A DNA stretch of 64,000 nucleotides from an uncultured delta proteobacterium. Lineage in GTDB: Bacteria; Myxococcota_A; UBA9160; SMWR01. The stretch is taken from the NCBI GenBank assembly GCA_963832165.1, contig CAWHTE010000005.1:128001-192000 (forward strand). Direction: 5' to 3'. Within the stretch, counting starts at the first letter, position 1. Each line of letters opens with the position of its first letter. The notes beneath the pieces were generated by a model. The model worked only from the letters and a program-made list of their open reading frames with translations, did not search any database and was not told the origin of the DNA. Positions 49,017-58,875 of the stretch are shown piece after piece. The translations under genes were made by a program, and so were the position numbers.

Positions 49017-50675
49017 TCAGCGCGCGGACGCGGCGGGTGCGGAAGCGGGCTCGGGCTCCGCCGCGGTCTTCGCGCGCAGCTCCGCCTGCAGGCGCGCCGA
49101 GCGCTCGCGCTGCGCCGCTGAAAGCCCCGACGCGAGCGTGTCGCGGTTCTCGCGCGCCTTGTCGAAGCCGCCCTCCACCGCGAGCGAGAGCCAGGCATGT
49201 GCGGTGACGAGATCCTTGCGCATGCCGCGCCGGCCCTGGGCGTAGAACAGACCGAGCGTGGACTGCGCGCGCGCGAAGCCCTGGTTCGCGGAGCGCTGGA
49301 TCCAGCGCACGCCCTCGGCTTCATCCTTGGGCACGTCCGTTCCTTCGAGGAACCGTTCCCCGAGCAGCACCTGCGCATCGGACTGGCCCGCCTCCGCGGC
49401 GCGCTGCAAGAGGCGCAGGCCCTCGGCCAGCTTCTCGGGATCGCCGCGCTGATCCAGATATCCGAGCGCCGTGTTGAGCGTGCCATCGCGATCGCCGAGC
49501 TCACTCGCGCGCCGGTACCACTTCGCCGCCTCGACCCGATCCTTCTCTGTCCCGATGCCGCGCTCGTAGAGGATCCCGAGCCGGTTCTGCGCCTTGGCGT
49601 GCCCCTGCCCCGCCGCCTCGCGCGTCCAATGGAACGCCTGCGCGTCGTCTTCCGGGACGCCGCGTCCCTCCAGATAACACTCGGAGAGACGCGACTGTGC
49701 CTCGCGATTGCCGCCCTCGGCTCCCGCGCGCAGCCAGCGCGCGACTTCTGCGGCATCGGGCGTGCCGTACGCGCCCGACTCGATCAGCTCGGCGAGGCGC
49801 AGCCCCGCGGCACCTTCGCCCTTCTCGGCCGCCGCGATATACCAGCGGCGCGCTTCGTCGAGGTTCGCCTCGACGCCGTTGCCCTTCTCGTAGAGCTCCG
49901 CGATGCGCGCCTGCGCCTTCGGGCTGCCCGACTCGGCAGCCTTGAGCGTCCACTGAAAAGCGGCGTGCGGATCGGGCTCCATGCCGAGCCCGCGCTCCGC
50001 GAGCACCGCGAGATTCAGCTGGGCCTCGGCATGTCCCTGGTCGGCCGCGCTGCGAAACCAGCGCACGGCCTCGGCGAAGTTCCGCCCCGGACCCAGGTGG
50101 CTGGTGTAGAGCAGCCCCAGCCGGTTCTGGGCCTCGGCGCTCCCCGCCTGTGCCGCGCGCTGGTACCACTCCGACGCTTTGCCGAAATCCCGCATCGTGC
50201 CGCGTCCGTCCAGGTACGCGAGCCCGAGCGCAAGCTGGGCCTCCAGCAGTCCCGCCTCGGCGGCGCGCTGGTACCACTCGAACGCGCGCTGCGGGTCCTC
50301 GCGCACGCCATCGCCCTTTTCTAGGCGCTGCGCGAGCGCGAAATGCAGATCCGTGCCGCCCGACTCGGCCTCGACCTCGAACCAGTGGAGCGCCTGATCG
50401 GGATCGGGTGCGATGCCATCTCCGGCCGCATACAGGCGCGCCAGCGCACCGGCCGCGTCGGCCCGCTTCTGCTCGGCGGCCTCGCGATACCAGCGCGCGG
50501 CCTCGGCCGTGCTCTTCTCGACTCCGGCGCCCTGCGCATAGGCCGCCGCGAGCGCGACCTGGGCGTCCGCATCGCCGAAGCGCGCCTTCAAGCGCGTGCG
50601 GTCGATCTCGCCGCACGCGAGCGCGAGCCCGGCGGCCGCGAGCACGACGATCGCGCGCGCAATTACACTCTTCAT
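49017..50675 (-). CDS. Sel1-like repeat lipoprotein
   Basis: Lipobox LALAC. About 13 repeats of AQxxLGxxYxxGxGVxxDxxxAxxWYxxAA. Confidence 0.92.
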   Translation of the reverse strand: MKSVIARAIVVLAAAGLALACGEIDRTRLKARFGDADAQVALAAAYAQGAGVEKSTAEAARWYREAAEQKRADAAGALARLYAAGDGIAPDPDQALHWFEVEAESGGTDLHFALAQRLEKGDGVREDPQRAFEWYQRAAEAGLLEAQLALGLAYLDGRGTMRDFGKASEWYQRAAQAGSAEAQNRLGLLYTSHLGPGRNFAEAVRWFRSAADQGHAEAQLNLAVLAERGLGMEPDPHAAFQWTLKAAESGSPKAQARIAELYEKGNGVEANLDEARRWYIAAAEKGEGAAGLRLAELIESGAYGTPDAAEVARWLRAGAEGGNREAQSRLSECYLEGRGVPEDDAQAFHWTREAAGQGHAKAQNRLGILYERGIGTEKDRVEAAKWYRRASELGDRDGTLNTALGYLDQRGDPEKLAEGLRLLQRAAEAGQSDAQVLLGERFLEGTDVPKDEAEGVRWIQRSANQGFARAQSTLGLFYAQGRRGMRKDLVTAHAWLSLAVEGGFDKARENRDTLASGLSAAQRERSARLQAELRAKTAAEPEPASAPAASAR

Positions 50676-50824
50676 CGCACTGCCGGGCCCCATCGCGCGA
50701 AATCCTATCAGCTCGCGCGCTCGATCCTGAACGGAACGCTGTCGTTGGATTGTATGCCCCCAGGGGCTGCGGTAGGTTCCTTCCGCGCTTGCGTCGGAGT
50801 CGGATCCGGCCGTTAAGGCAATCG

Positions 50825-51649
50825 ATGTACGAAGCGTTCTACGGTTTCTCAGAGCAGCCGTTCTCGCTGACGCCAGATCCGCGTTTTCTCTGGCCGTCGG
50901 AGACCCACGAGGAGGGCTTTGCCACCCTCTATTACGGGATCACGCGCCGCAAGGGCTTCCTGCTGCTGACCGGCGAGGTCGGCAGCGGCAAGACCACGCT
51001 GCTGCGCGCGGCGATCGACCAGATCCCCTCCGACATCGAGACCGCGCTGATCATGAACACGGCCGATCTCTCGGGGCTCGATCTGTTCAAGCTGATCGCG
51101 GCCGAGTTCCGGCTCGAGGGCAATTTCCAGACCAAGGCCGACTATCTGATCGCGCTCAACCAGTTCCTGCTGCGCCGGCTCGAGCGCGGCCTCAACACGG
51201 TGCTCGTGATCGACGAAGCGCAGAACCTCGCCGACGGTCTGCTCGAGCAGGTGCGCCTGCTGTCGAACCTCGAGACCAACACCGAGAAGCTGATCCAGAT
51301 CGTGCTGACGGGACAGCCCGAGCTGCGCGACATCCTGGCCTCACCCGTGATGGCGCCGCTGCGCCAGCGGATCGCGCTCGAGCACCACGTACAGCCGCTG
51401 CGCGAGCACGAGGTCGACTCGTATCTCGAGCATCGCGTGCGCGTCGCGGGCGGCGATTACGCGTCGGTATTCCCGCCCGGCGCGAGCAGCGTGTTCTACG
51501 CGACCTGCGGCGGCTGCCCGCGCCTGATCAACCTGCTCGCCGACCGCGCGCTGCTCGCGGGCTTCTCGGCGCAGGAGCGCCCCGTGAGCCTCTCGCTGCT
51601 CGAGCGCAAGGCCAAGGAAATCGCCGACCGCGTCGTCGATCGCCCGTAG
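50825..51649 (+). CDS. ExeA/GspA-family AAA ATPase (resembles the PEP-CTERM-system-associated ATPase)
   Basis: MYEAFYGFSEQPFSLTPDPRF, Walker A GEVGSGKTT, Walker B VIDEAQNL, LTGQPEL, GCPRLIN. Confidence 0.9.
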   Translation: MYEAFYGFSEQPFSLTPDPRFLWPSETHEEGFATLYYGITRRKGFLLLTGEVGSGKTTLLRAAIDQIPSDIETALIMNTADLSGLDLFKLIAAEFRLEGNFQTKADYLIALNQFLLRRLERGLNTVLVIDEAQNLADGLLEQVRLLSNLETNTEKLIQIVLTGQPELRDILASPVMAPLRQRIALEHHVQPLREHEVDSYLEHRVRVAGGDYASVFPPGASSVFYATCGGCPRLINLLADRALLAGFSAQERPVSLSLLERKAKEIADRVVDRP

Positions 51650-51673
51650 CGGCTGGGTCCGGACGCCTGGGTC

Positions 51674-52576
51674 CTAGAACAGACCCATCGCCACGGCGAG
51701 TACGAGCGCCATCAGCGCGCCCACGGCAAAGCTCACGCGGTCGCGCAGCGCGAACGCCACCGGATCTCCCGGCAGCTCGCCACGCCGCGCGAGGAACCAG
51801 ATCCGGCTCACCCAGTAGAGCAGGAGCGGCACGAGAAACCAGAGCGCGCTCTCGTGCAGATACTGGCGACCCACGCGCTCGCTGTTGATGTACAGGCATA
51901 ACACGAGCACCGACAGGTAGGCGCTCGTGGTGCCGAGCATCATCACGAGATCGAGATCGTCGCCGCGGTACGCGCGGCCCTTCGGGTCGCCCGCGCCCGC
52001 GCGCACGAAGCGCTGCAGCTCGCCGTAGCGCTTGACGAACGCGAGATCGAGAAAGAAGAACAGCGAGAATGCGAGCAGCCACGGCGTGAGCGTGATCCCG
52101 ACCGCCGCGCCGCCTGCGAGCAGGCGCAGCGTGTACAGGCCCGCGAGCACGAGCACGTCGATCAAGAGCAGGCGCTTGGCGTAGAGCGTGTAGACGTGTG
52201 TGAGAACGAGATAGGCGACCAGATGGGCGATGAACGCCACGGGCGTCATCAGCGCGGCGATTCCCACCGCGAGCAGCGTGAGCGCGAACGCCGCGACGGC
52301 ACCGACGCGCAGCGACAGCGCGCCGCTCGCAAACGGCCGATCGCGTTTCGCGGGGTCGGCGCGATCCGTGGCGAGGTCGCGCCAGTCGTTCGCGAGGTAG
52401 CCCGCCGACGCGATCGCGCTCCAGGCGGCGAAGGCCGCGAAGAGCACGATCCACTTCTCGGTGTCGGAGAGCTGGGCCGGCGTGAGCGCGAGCGGCACGA
52501 ACAACAGGAGATTCTTCGCCCACTGCTCGGGTCGCAGTGCTCGCCACAGCGCCCGACCGTTGCCTTGCTGTGCCAC
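51674..52576 (-). CDS. UbiA-family prenyltransferase (decaprenyl-phosphate phosphoribosyltransferase-like)
   Basis: LRPEQWAKNLLLF, YLANDWRDLATDR..KRDRPFASG, KRYGEL, DPVAFALRD. Confidence 0.88.
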   Translation of the reverse strand: MAQQGNGRALWRALRPEQWAKNLLLFVPLALTPAQLSDTEKWIVLFAAFAAWSAIASAGYLANDWRDLATDRADPAKRDRPFASGALSLRVGAVAAFALTLLAVGIAALMTPVAFIAHLVAYLVLTHVYTLYAKRLLLIDVLVLAGLYTLRLLAGGAAVGITLTPWLLAFSLFFFLDLAFVKRYGELQRFVRAGAGDPKGRAYRGDDLDLVMMLGTTSAYLSVLVLCLYINSERVGRQYLHESALWFLVPLLLYWVSRIWFLARRGELPGDPVAFALRDRVSFAVGALMALVLAVAMGLF

Positions 52577-52716
52577 CGTACCCCGCTCGACTGCCGCCCG
52601 GAGGCGAGAGCGCGGCAAGCTTACTGGAACTCGGCCGCGAGCGGCCGAGGCGCAGGCCGGTACGAGCACGTCCGAAAACCGCGCATCGCCGCGCGCGATC
52701 CTGCTACAAACCCATC

Positions 52717-54261
52717 GTGCGACTCGATCCCGACGTCTGCTACCGCGCGATGTGCGCGCGTGATCCGCGCTTCGACGGGCGCTTCTTCGTGGCCGTGCGC
52801 ACCACCGGGATCTACTGCCGCCCGATCTGCTCCGCGCGTACGCCGCGGCGCCAGAACTGCCGCTTCGTCGCGTGCGCGGCCGCGGCCGAAGCCGCGGGAT
52901 ATCGCCCGTGCCGGCGCTGCCGCCCCGAGAGCGCACCCGGCACGCCGGCCTGGCTCGGCACGTCGGCCACCGTCGCGCGCGGGCTGCGCCTGATCGCCGA
53001 AGGAGCGCTCGACGCGGGCGGCGTCGGCGATCTCGCCGCACGGCTCGGGATTGGAGAGCGCCAGCTGCGCCGACTCTTCACGACCCATCTCGGCGCCGCA
53101 CCGCTCGCGATCGCGCGCACACGCCGCGTGCACTTCGCGGCCGCGCTGCTCGCGCAGACCGACTGGCCCGTGTCGCGCGTCGCGCTCGCGGCGGGATTCA
53201 CGAGCCTGCGCCGCTTCAACGAGGCCGTGCGCGAGACCTTCCAGCGCGCGCCGCGCGAGCTGCGCGCCGAGCGCCGGAAGGCGAACGCCGGCGCGCCTGC
53301 GGCGATCCGCCTGCCCTATCGCGCACCGTTCGACGCCGCGGGCCTGTTCGGCTATCTCGCCGCGCGCGCGGTGCCCGGCGTGGAGGTGATCGCAGAGGGT
53401 CGCGTGCGGCGCGCACTGCGCGTCGCGGGCCGACCCGTCGTCGTCGAAGTGAGCGCGCCCGCGGACGCGCGCGCTCTCGAGGTGAGAGCGGACGGAGCCG
53501 ATGCCACGCATTGGCTCGCGCTCGCGGAGCGCGTGCGATCGGTGTTCGATCTCGGCGCCGATCCCGGCGAGATCGGCCGCCACCTCGCCGCCGATTCCCT
53601 GTTGCGCGCGCGCGTGCGCAGCCGGCCCGGGGTGCGCGTGCCCGGCGCCTGGGACCCGTTCGAGATCGCGGTGCGGATCGTGCTCGGGCAGCAGGTCACC
53701 GTGGCGGGGGCGACGCGGCTCGCAGGGCGGCTCGCCGCGCGCTTCGGAGAGCGCCTGCCGGATGCGCTGATCGATTCCGAGCGCGGACCCACGCTGCTGT
53801 TTCCCGAGCCCGCTGCACTCGCCCACGCTGCGCTCGAGGAGATCGGCCTGACGCGCCAGCGCGCGGGGGCACTGCGCGCACTCGCCTCGGCCGTGGCGTG
53901 CGGAGATCTCGCGCTCGCGCCGGGGGCCGATCCCGACGCGGCGCGCGCAGCGCTGTTGGCGCTGCCGGGCATCGGACCGTGGACCGCCGAGCTCGTGCTG
54001 CTGCGCGCGCTAGGCGAGCCCGATGCGTTCCCGGCTGGCGACCTCGGCCTGCGCCACGCCCTCGACTGCGACGCGCGCGCGCTCGAGCAGCGCGCCGAGC
54101 GCTGGCGCCCGTGGCGCGCCTACGCCGCGATGCTCTTGTGGACCGCGCCACAGCCGCACCGCGCGGCGACGCTCACGAGCTCGGCACGGCTCAGCTGGGT
54201 GGCACCCAGTTCGGCGGCGGTGCGTGCGGCTCCACGGCGAGCAGCTCGAGGTCGTAGCTGA
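52717..54261 (+). CDS. alkA: Ada metal-binding / AraC HTH / AlkA DNA-3-methyladenine glycosylase fusion
   Basis: RDPRFDGRFFVAVRTTGIYCRPIC, GYRPCRRCRP, GFTSLRRFN, HhH LPGIGPWTA, WRPWRAYA. Confidence 0.9.
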   Translation: MRLDPDVCYRAMCARDPRFDGRFFVAVRTTGIYCRPICSARTPRRQNCRFVACAAAAEAAGYRPCRRCRPESAPGTPAWLGTSATVARGLRLIAEGALDAGGVGDLAARLGIGERQLRRLFTTHLGAAPLAIARTRRVHFAAALLAQTDWPVSRVALAAGFTSLRRFNEAVRETFQRAPRELRAERRKANAGAPAAIRLPYRAPFDAAGLFGYLAARAVPGVEVIAEGRVRRALRVAGRPVVVEVSAPADARALEVRADGADATHWLALAERVRSVFDLGADPGEIGRHLAADSLLRARVRSRPGVRVPGAWDPFEIAVRIVLGQQVTVAGATRLAGRLAARFGERLPDALIDSERGPTLLFPEPAALAHAALEEIGLTRQRAGALRALASAVACGDLALAPGADPDAARAALLALPGIGPWTAELVLLRALGEPDAFPAGDLGLRHALDCDARALEQRAERWRPWRAYAAMLLWTAPQPHRAATLTSSARLSWVAPSSAAVRAAPRRAARGRS

Positions 54262-54922
54262 GCACGGCGCCGCCCGGAACCAGGCCGGGCCAACCACCCC
54301 ATCCGTAGCTCAGCGAGGGCGGACACACGACGTGCACGCGCGCTCCGGCCCCCACTCCCGCGAGCGCCTCCTGCCAGCAGCGCGTCGTCGTGCCGAGCTG
54401 CACGCGGTACGGCTCTTCGCCGCGATTGGAGTAGAAGACTTTGCCGTCGCGCAGCGTCCCGTGATAGTTGATCGTTACGAAGTCGAAGATCGACGGCGAC
54501 GGGCCCGACCCCGCCGCGATCACGCGCAGCACCATCCCGCTCTCGTTCTTCACGGCACCGGGCTCGCTCAGAGCCTGCTCGAGTGCGGACGCACCCTCGA
54601 CTTCCTCGCGCCGCGCGAGCTCCTGGAGCCGGCGCTCGTGGAACAGACTGACGTCCGTCGCGGTCTCTTCGGTTCGCACGCCCGCGTAGGGTATGAACAG
54701 CGAAGAGTCGCGTACGCCGCGCGTCACCTCGCGCACCTCGTCCTCGTCGAGGTGGTAGTCCTTCAGCTGGTCGCCGAGTGCCGAGCCGATCGCGTACAAC
54801 ACGCCGGGCTCGGCGCGCGGCAGCTCTTGGGCCTCTGCGCTCGCCCCCCCCGGCGGCGTGGGCCCGGCGCACGCGACGGCCGTGAACAACAGCGCGGACA
54901 TCGCGATCGGACGCGCGTTCAT
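54191..54922 (-). CDS. FKBP-type peptidyl-prolyl isomerase (lipoprotein-like)
   Basis: LYAIGSALG N-domain, VTINYHGTLRDGKVFYS, CPPSLSYG, VPGGAVLSYDLELL. Confidence 0.88.
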   Translation of the reverse strand: MNARPIAMSALLFTAVACAGPTPPGGASAEAQELPRAEPGVLYAIGSALGDQLKDYHLDEDEVREVTRGVRDSSLFIPYAGVRTEETATDVSLFHERRLQELARREEVEGASALEQALSEPGAVKNESGMVLRVIAAGSGPSPSIFDFVTINYHGTLRDGKVFYSNRGEEPYRVQLGTTTRCWQEALAGVGAGARVHVVCPPSLSYGWGGWPGLVPGGAVLSYDLELLAVEPHAPPPNWVPPS

Positions 54923-55060
54923 GGTGGATCCCCCGCTTCGAAGGCCGATCCGTCGGTCGGCAGCGGAGAGTAACGGACCCACCCGCTCGATGGCGCACCC
55001 CGGAGTGGGCGGAGCTCTGTCTGCGGGGTAGGATCTGCGCCCGATCTCCAAGGAGGTGCT

Positions 55061-55582
55061 ATGCGACGGCAATCCCCGGACCGATCGATCCGACCTCGGC
55101 TCGCCGCGCCGATCCTCGTGTGCGCGATCGCGCTCGCGTCGATCGCGCTCGCGTGCGGCAGCGGCGAATCGCCCAGCCCGGACTCCGCAGCCACGCCCGG
55201 CGATCCCACGGCGGCGCCCGCGACGGATCCCGGGGCCGCACCCGCAGCACCGACGCCCGGTGAAGCGGCGGGCGAGGCCATCGCGAACGACGGGGTGATT
55301 CCGGAGGGCTACCCGAGCGATGTCCCGGTGTATCCGGGCGCGGCGCCCGGCCCCTCCATGACGATGGCGGGCCTCGGCGTGTTCGCGACATTCGAAAGTG
55401 ACGACTCGGTCGAGCAGATCCTCGAGCACTACCGGGGTGAGCTCTCGAAGGGCGGTTGGAGCGTCGCCGACGCACCCGACGGCGGCCTCGACGGCACCAA
55501 GGGGACCCGCTCGGTTCAGGTGCGTGCGCGCGAGAACGAGAACGGTCGCTCCGAGATCGCGGTGAACGTCTCCGAGGGGTAG
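55061..55582 (+). CDS. Hypothetical lipoprotein
   Basis: AAGGAGG RBS, lipobox IALAC, Pro/Ala linker, IPEGYPSDVPVYPGA, YRGELSKGGW. Confidence 0.75.
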   Translation: MRRQSPDRSIRPRLAAPILVCAIALASIALACGSGESPSPDSAATPGDPTAAPATDPGAAPAAPTPGEAAGEAIANDGVIPEGYPSDVPVYPGAAPGPSMTMAGLGVFATFESDDSVEQILEHYRGELSKGGWSVADAPDGGLDGTKGTRSVQVRARENENGRSEIAVNVSEG

Positions 55583-55588
55583 GACTCG

Positions 55589-56143
55589 TCAGCGCTCGAG
55601 CCGGAGCGCGAACGAGACGAGCGCCTCGCAGTCGAGGAACGTGAGTTCGACCTGACCCAGGCGCACGTCGTCGCCCGGGCTGAGCTCGGCCGCCGGTCCG
55701 TGGCCCTGCCGCGGGACCGAGTGGCCGTTCACCGTGGTGCCGTTCGTCGAGCCCGCGTCCTGCATCAGCCAGGCGCCGGTCGCACCTTCCTTCACGAAGG
55801 CGTGAAAGCGCGAGATGCTCACGTCGGGCACCACCACGTCGTTGTCGGGCGCGCGGCCGAGCGTGATCAGATGACTCGCTGACTTGCCGCTGCGCCGCAC
55901 CGGATACACCACGAGGGACAGGCTCGCGGTCGACTCCGCGCGCCGGACTCCGCTCTCGTCGAGCCGCACCTCGGTGATCGTGGGACGCGCCACCGAGAGG
56001 TCCGCCGCGGAGAGCAGCAGGAATGCGCGTCCGTAGCGCTCCTCGAACTCCGCGCGCGGAAGACTTCGCGCGTGGCCGTGCAGCTCGCGAATCGGCACGC
56101 CGCTGCCTCGCTCGATCGCTACGCCATTCGAACCCGAGCCCAT
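55589..56143 (-). CDS. FHA domain protein
   Basis: ITLGRAPDNDVVV...ISRFHA...DAGSTNGTTVNG. Confidence 0.88.
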   Translation of the reverse strand: MGSGSNGVAIERGSGVPIRELHGHARSLPRAEFEERYGRAFLLLSAADLSVARPTITEVRLDESGVRRAESTASLSLVVYPVRRSGKSASHLITLGRAPDNDVVVPDVSISRFHAFVKEGATGAWLMQDAGSTNGTTVNGHSVPRQGHGPAAELSPGDDVRLGQVELTFLDCEALVSFALRLER

Positions 56144-56255
56144 GCGCACTGGTCCTCTTCGCTCTTCGCCTCGGAGGGTCCGGCGACGAGCTTGAGGACC
56201 GGCGTCACATCCGGGCGCAGCAGCGCGCAGCCTGGGCGCAGCAGCGCGGCGCAAG

Positions 56256-56978
56256 TCAGGCGCGCGGCGGCGGCCCGTCGATCGCGCGCTCGATCCCGTC
56301 GAAGAACTGCCACCACTGCGCCAGCGAGGTCTCGACGGCCGCGCGAATGCGGCGCTGGAGGTCTGCGCTGTCGGCGTGGCGAACCACCGCGTGATCGCCG
56401 ACTCCCGCGTGGTCGCGGTCGGCGATCTCGTGGATGTCCCAGAACGCGACCTGCTCGCGCGAGAGGCCGTAGTGTTTCTCGAGCGCACGCGCGAACGGTT
56501 CGAACGCACCCGGCACCTGCCCCTCGGCCGCGAGCGTGATCGCCGCGGCGCCCTCGATGTAGGACAGACTCCGCGTCGAGAGCTCGAACCAGTGGATCAG
56601 GGAGGCCGTGGACGGAAGCGGCGCTCCGCGCTCGAACGCGTCGCGCGGCAGGCCGGTCGCGGTGCCGAACAACAGGAACAGCTCGGGGTGCGGCATGTTG
56701 CAGCCCGAGATCCGTCCCGTCTCCTCTTCGTAGATGCTCTCGGCGAGCTCCATGCGCTGGTGCATGTCCGGGCAGCGCGTGTGCAGCCCGCTCACCGCGC
56801 GCGGGAACTCGCGCACCTGCAGGAAGAACTGGACCGCGAAACGCTGCAGACCGGCGCGATCGACACCGCCCTCGGCGATCCGGTGCCAGAGCGGATGCCC
56901 GCCGAAGCTGCGGCGGGATTCGATCAGCTCGCGCAGCGAGTCGGCGAACGCACGGGGGTCGAGGGCGGGGTCGGACAC
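56256..56978 (-). CDS. Heme-oxygenase-like diiron oxidase (TenA/PqqC/CADD-like)
   Basis: HPLW, YEEETG..HPELF, AEGQ, IHEIADRDH. Start at GTG 56978 (7 nt after TACAAT) or ATG 56987. Confidence 0.82.
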   Translation of the reverse strand: MSDPALDPRAFADSLRELIESRRSFGGHPLWHRIAEGGVDRAGLQRFAVQFFLQVREFPRAVSGLHTRCPDMHQRMELAESIYEEETGRISGCNMPHPELFLLFGTATGLPRDAFERGAPLPSTASLIHWFELSTRSLSYIEGAAAITLAAEGQVPGAFEPFARALEKHYGLSREQVAFWDIHEIADRDHAGVGDHAVVRHADSADLQRRIRAAVETSLAQWWQFFDGIERAIDGPPPRA

Positions 56979-57008
56979 GGCGCGCATTGTAACGCTACGT
57001 TCGCGCGC

Positions 57009-58217
57009 GTGCGCGCCGATCTCGACTTGAAGTCGCCCGCGGTCGCGCGCGATCCCTACCCCACCTTGGCGTGGCTGCGCGATCGCGAACCCGTTCACTG
57101 GAGCGAGGGCCTCGGCGCCTGGGTCGTCACGCGTTACGCCGACGTGCTCGAGATCTGGAACCGGCCCGACCTGTTCTCGTCGGACCGCTTCCGCAAGGTG
57201 CGCGCCGAGTTCACGAGCGAGCGCCCCGACGTGCGCGCGGTGGCCTCGGTGCTCTCGGAGTGGCTCGTGTTTCGCGATCCGCCCGATCACACGCGCCTGC
57301 GCGCGCTGCTGCAGAAGACGTTCACCCCGCGCCAGCTCGCGAGCAGCCGCGACCGGATCCAGGCCGCGATCGACGCGCTGATCGACGAGGCGCTCGCGAA
57401 GGGCGAGATCGACTTCGTATCGCAGTTCGCGTTTCCGCTGCCGGCGCTCGTGATCGCGCTGCTGCTCGGCGCCCCGAGCGCGGACATCGAGGCGATCAAG
57501 ACCTGGTCCGATCAGCTCGCGGCGTACCTCGGCGGGTCGGTGGACGGTCAGGACAACTTCACGCGCGCGCGCGCGGGCGTGGAAGGACTGGTCTCCTACT
57601 TCACGGACCTCTTGCGCGAGAAGCGGCGCAGCCCCGGCGAGGATCTGATCGGATTGATGCTGCGTGCCGAGCACGAGGGACACACGCTCGGCAGCGACGA
57701 GATCGTCTCGAACTGCGTGCTGCTGCTGTTCGCAGGGCACGAGACCACCACGAACCTGCTCGCGAACGGGCTCCTCCACCTGCTGTGCAACCCCGACGCC
57801 CGCGCGTTGCTGCGCGCGCACCCCGAGCTCGACGCGCCCGCGGTCGAGGAGCTGCTCCGGATCGAATCCCCCGTGCCCGCGACCGTGAAGGTCGCGACGC
57901 GCGATCAGAGCTTCGGCGGTGCGAGCCTGCGCGCGGGCGAGATGGTCCTGCCCTTTCTCTCGGCGGCCAATCGCGACCCGCGCCAGTTCGCAGACCCCGA
58001 TCGACTCGACCTCACGCGCTCCCCGAACCGCCATCTCGCATTCGGTTGGGGCATCCACTTCTGCCTGGGCGCCCCGCTCGCGCGCCTCGAGGCCTCGCTC
58101 GCGTTTCGCGCGCTGCTCGAGCGGATGCCCGCGCTCGCGCTCGTCGATACGGAGCCTCGGTGGCGGCCGTGGCTGTTCTTTCGCGCGCTCGAGGAGCTGC
58201 GCGTGCGTTCGGCCTGA
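57009..58217 (+). CDS. Cytochrome P450
   Basis: DPPDHTRLR, AGHETT, EELLR, heme ligand FGWGIHFCLG. Confidence 0.95.
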   Translation: MRADLDLKSPAVARDPYPTLAWLRDREPVHWSEGLGAWVVTRYADVLEIWNRPDLFSSDRFRKVRAEFTSERPDVRAVASVLSEWLVFRDPPDHTRLRALLQKTFTPRQLASSRDRIQAAIDALIDEALAKGEIDFVSQFAFPLPALVIALLLGAPSADIEAIKTWSDQLAAYLGGSVDGQDNFTRARAGVEGLVSYFTDLLREKRRSPGEDLIGLMLRAEHEGHTLGSDEIVSNCVLLLFAGHETTTNLLANGLLHLLCNPDARALLRAHPELDAPAVEELLRIESPVPATVKVATRDQSFGGASLRAGEMVLPFLSAANRDPRQFADPDRLDLTRSPNRHLAFGWGIHFCLGAPLARLEASLAFRALLERMPALALVDTEPRWRPWLFFRALEELRVRSA

Positions 58218-58230
58218 GATCCGCGCTGGC

Positions 58231-58704
58231 TCAGCGCCGGCGCAACCCGTAGCCAAGGCCCGCGAGACCGAGCAGCAGCAGCAGCGCCGTGTTGGGTTCG
58301 GGCACCACGATCGCCGAGAGACCCGCGCTCGCGTGTCCACCGCCGAGCTCGCCGCCGAACGGCGGCGCCAGTCCGAGCACGACCCCGGACGCCCCCTCCG
58401 GCAGCTCCACGTCCGTGGTGAGGTCCGGCGGGGCTTCGGGGATCTCTCCGCCCGGGAGCGGGTCCGGCGGACCCGGCGGAACGCCGAGATCGGGCGCGCC
58501 TTGCGGCGCAGCGGGATCGGGCAACACGAGCTCGAACGGCGGCGCGGCGACCGGGGGCGCCTCGGGCGGCGCGCTGATCTCGACCGGGCCGAGCGGCACG
58601 ACGGGCTGTGCGGGAACGGCAAGCGGCGGGCCGAAGCCCGCCGCGAGTGCGGCAGCGGGGACGAGAGCGACGCAGGTCAGCAGGAGCGACGGGCGCAGGT
58701 GCAC
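58231..58704 (-). CDS. Small Pro-rich canonical PEP-CTERM protein
   Basis: Signal peptide, Pro/Gly/acidic low-complexity body, VPEPNTALLLLLGLAGLGYGLRRR. Confidence 0.82.
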   Translation of the reverse strand: MHLRPSLLLTCVALVPAAALAAGFGPPLAVPAQPVVPLGPVEISAPPEAPPVAAPPFELVLPDPAAPQGAPDLGVPPGPPDPLPGGEIPEAPPDLTTDVELPEGASGVVLGLAPPFGGELGGGHASAGLSAIVVPEPNTALLLLLGLAGLGYGLRRR

Positions 58705-58875
58705 AGCGGGGGCCTCATTCCAGCGGGATTTGCTGCCAGGGATGTGGCGGTCTGCCCCGAGGCCGTGGCGAGAAATTTTCCGGCGCCCTGCGCGGACTAT
58801 CGGGTTTCTCCTTCACCTCGTTTTCGCCTCGCAGGTGTCTCTCGCGTGCGCAGAGCGCTTCCGGGGCCGCGCAAC

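Noticed and set aside
56256..56987. Calling the gene pqqC
   Set aside because: No pqqA/B/D/E genes are nearby. Only the broader heme-oxygenase-like family is supported.
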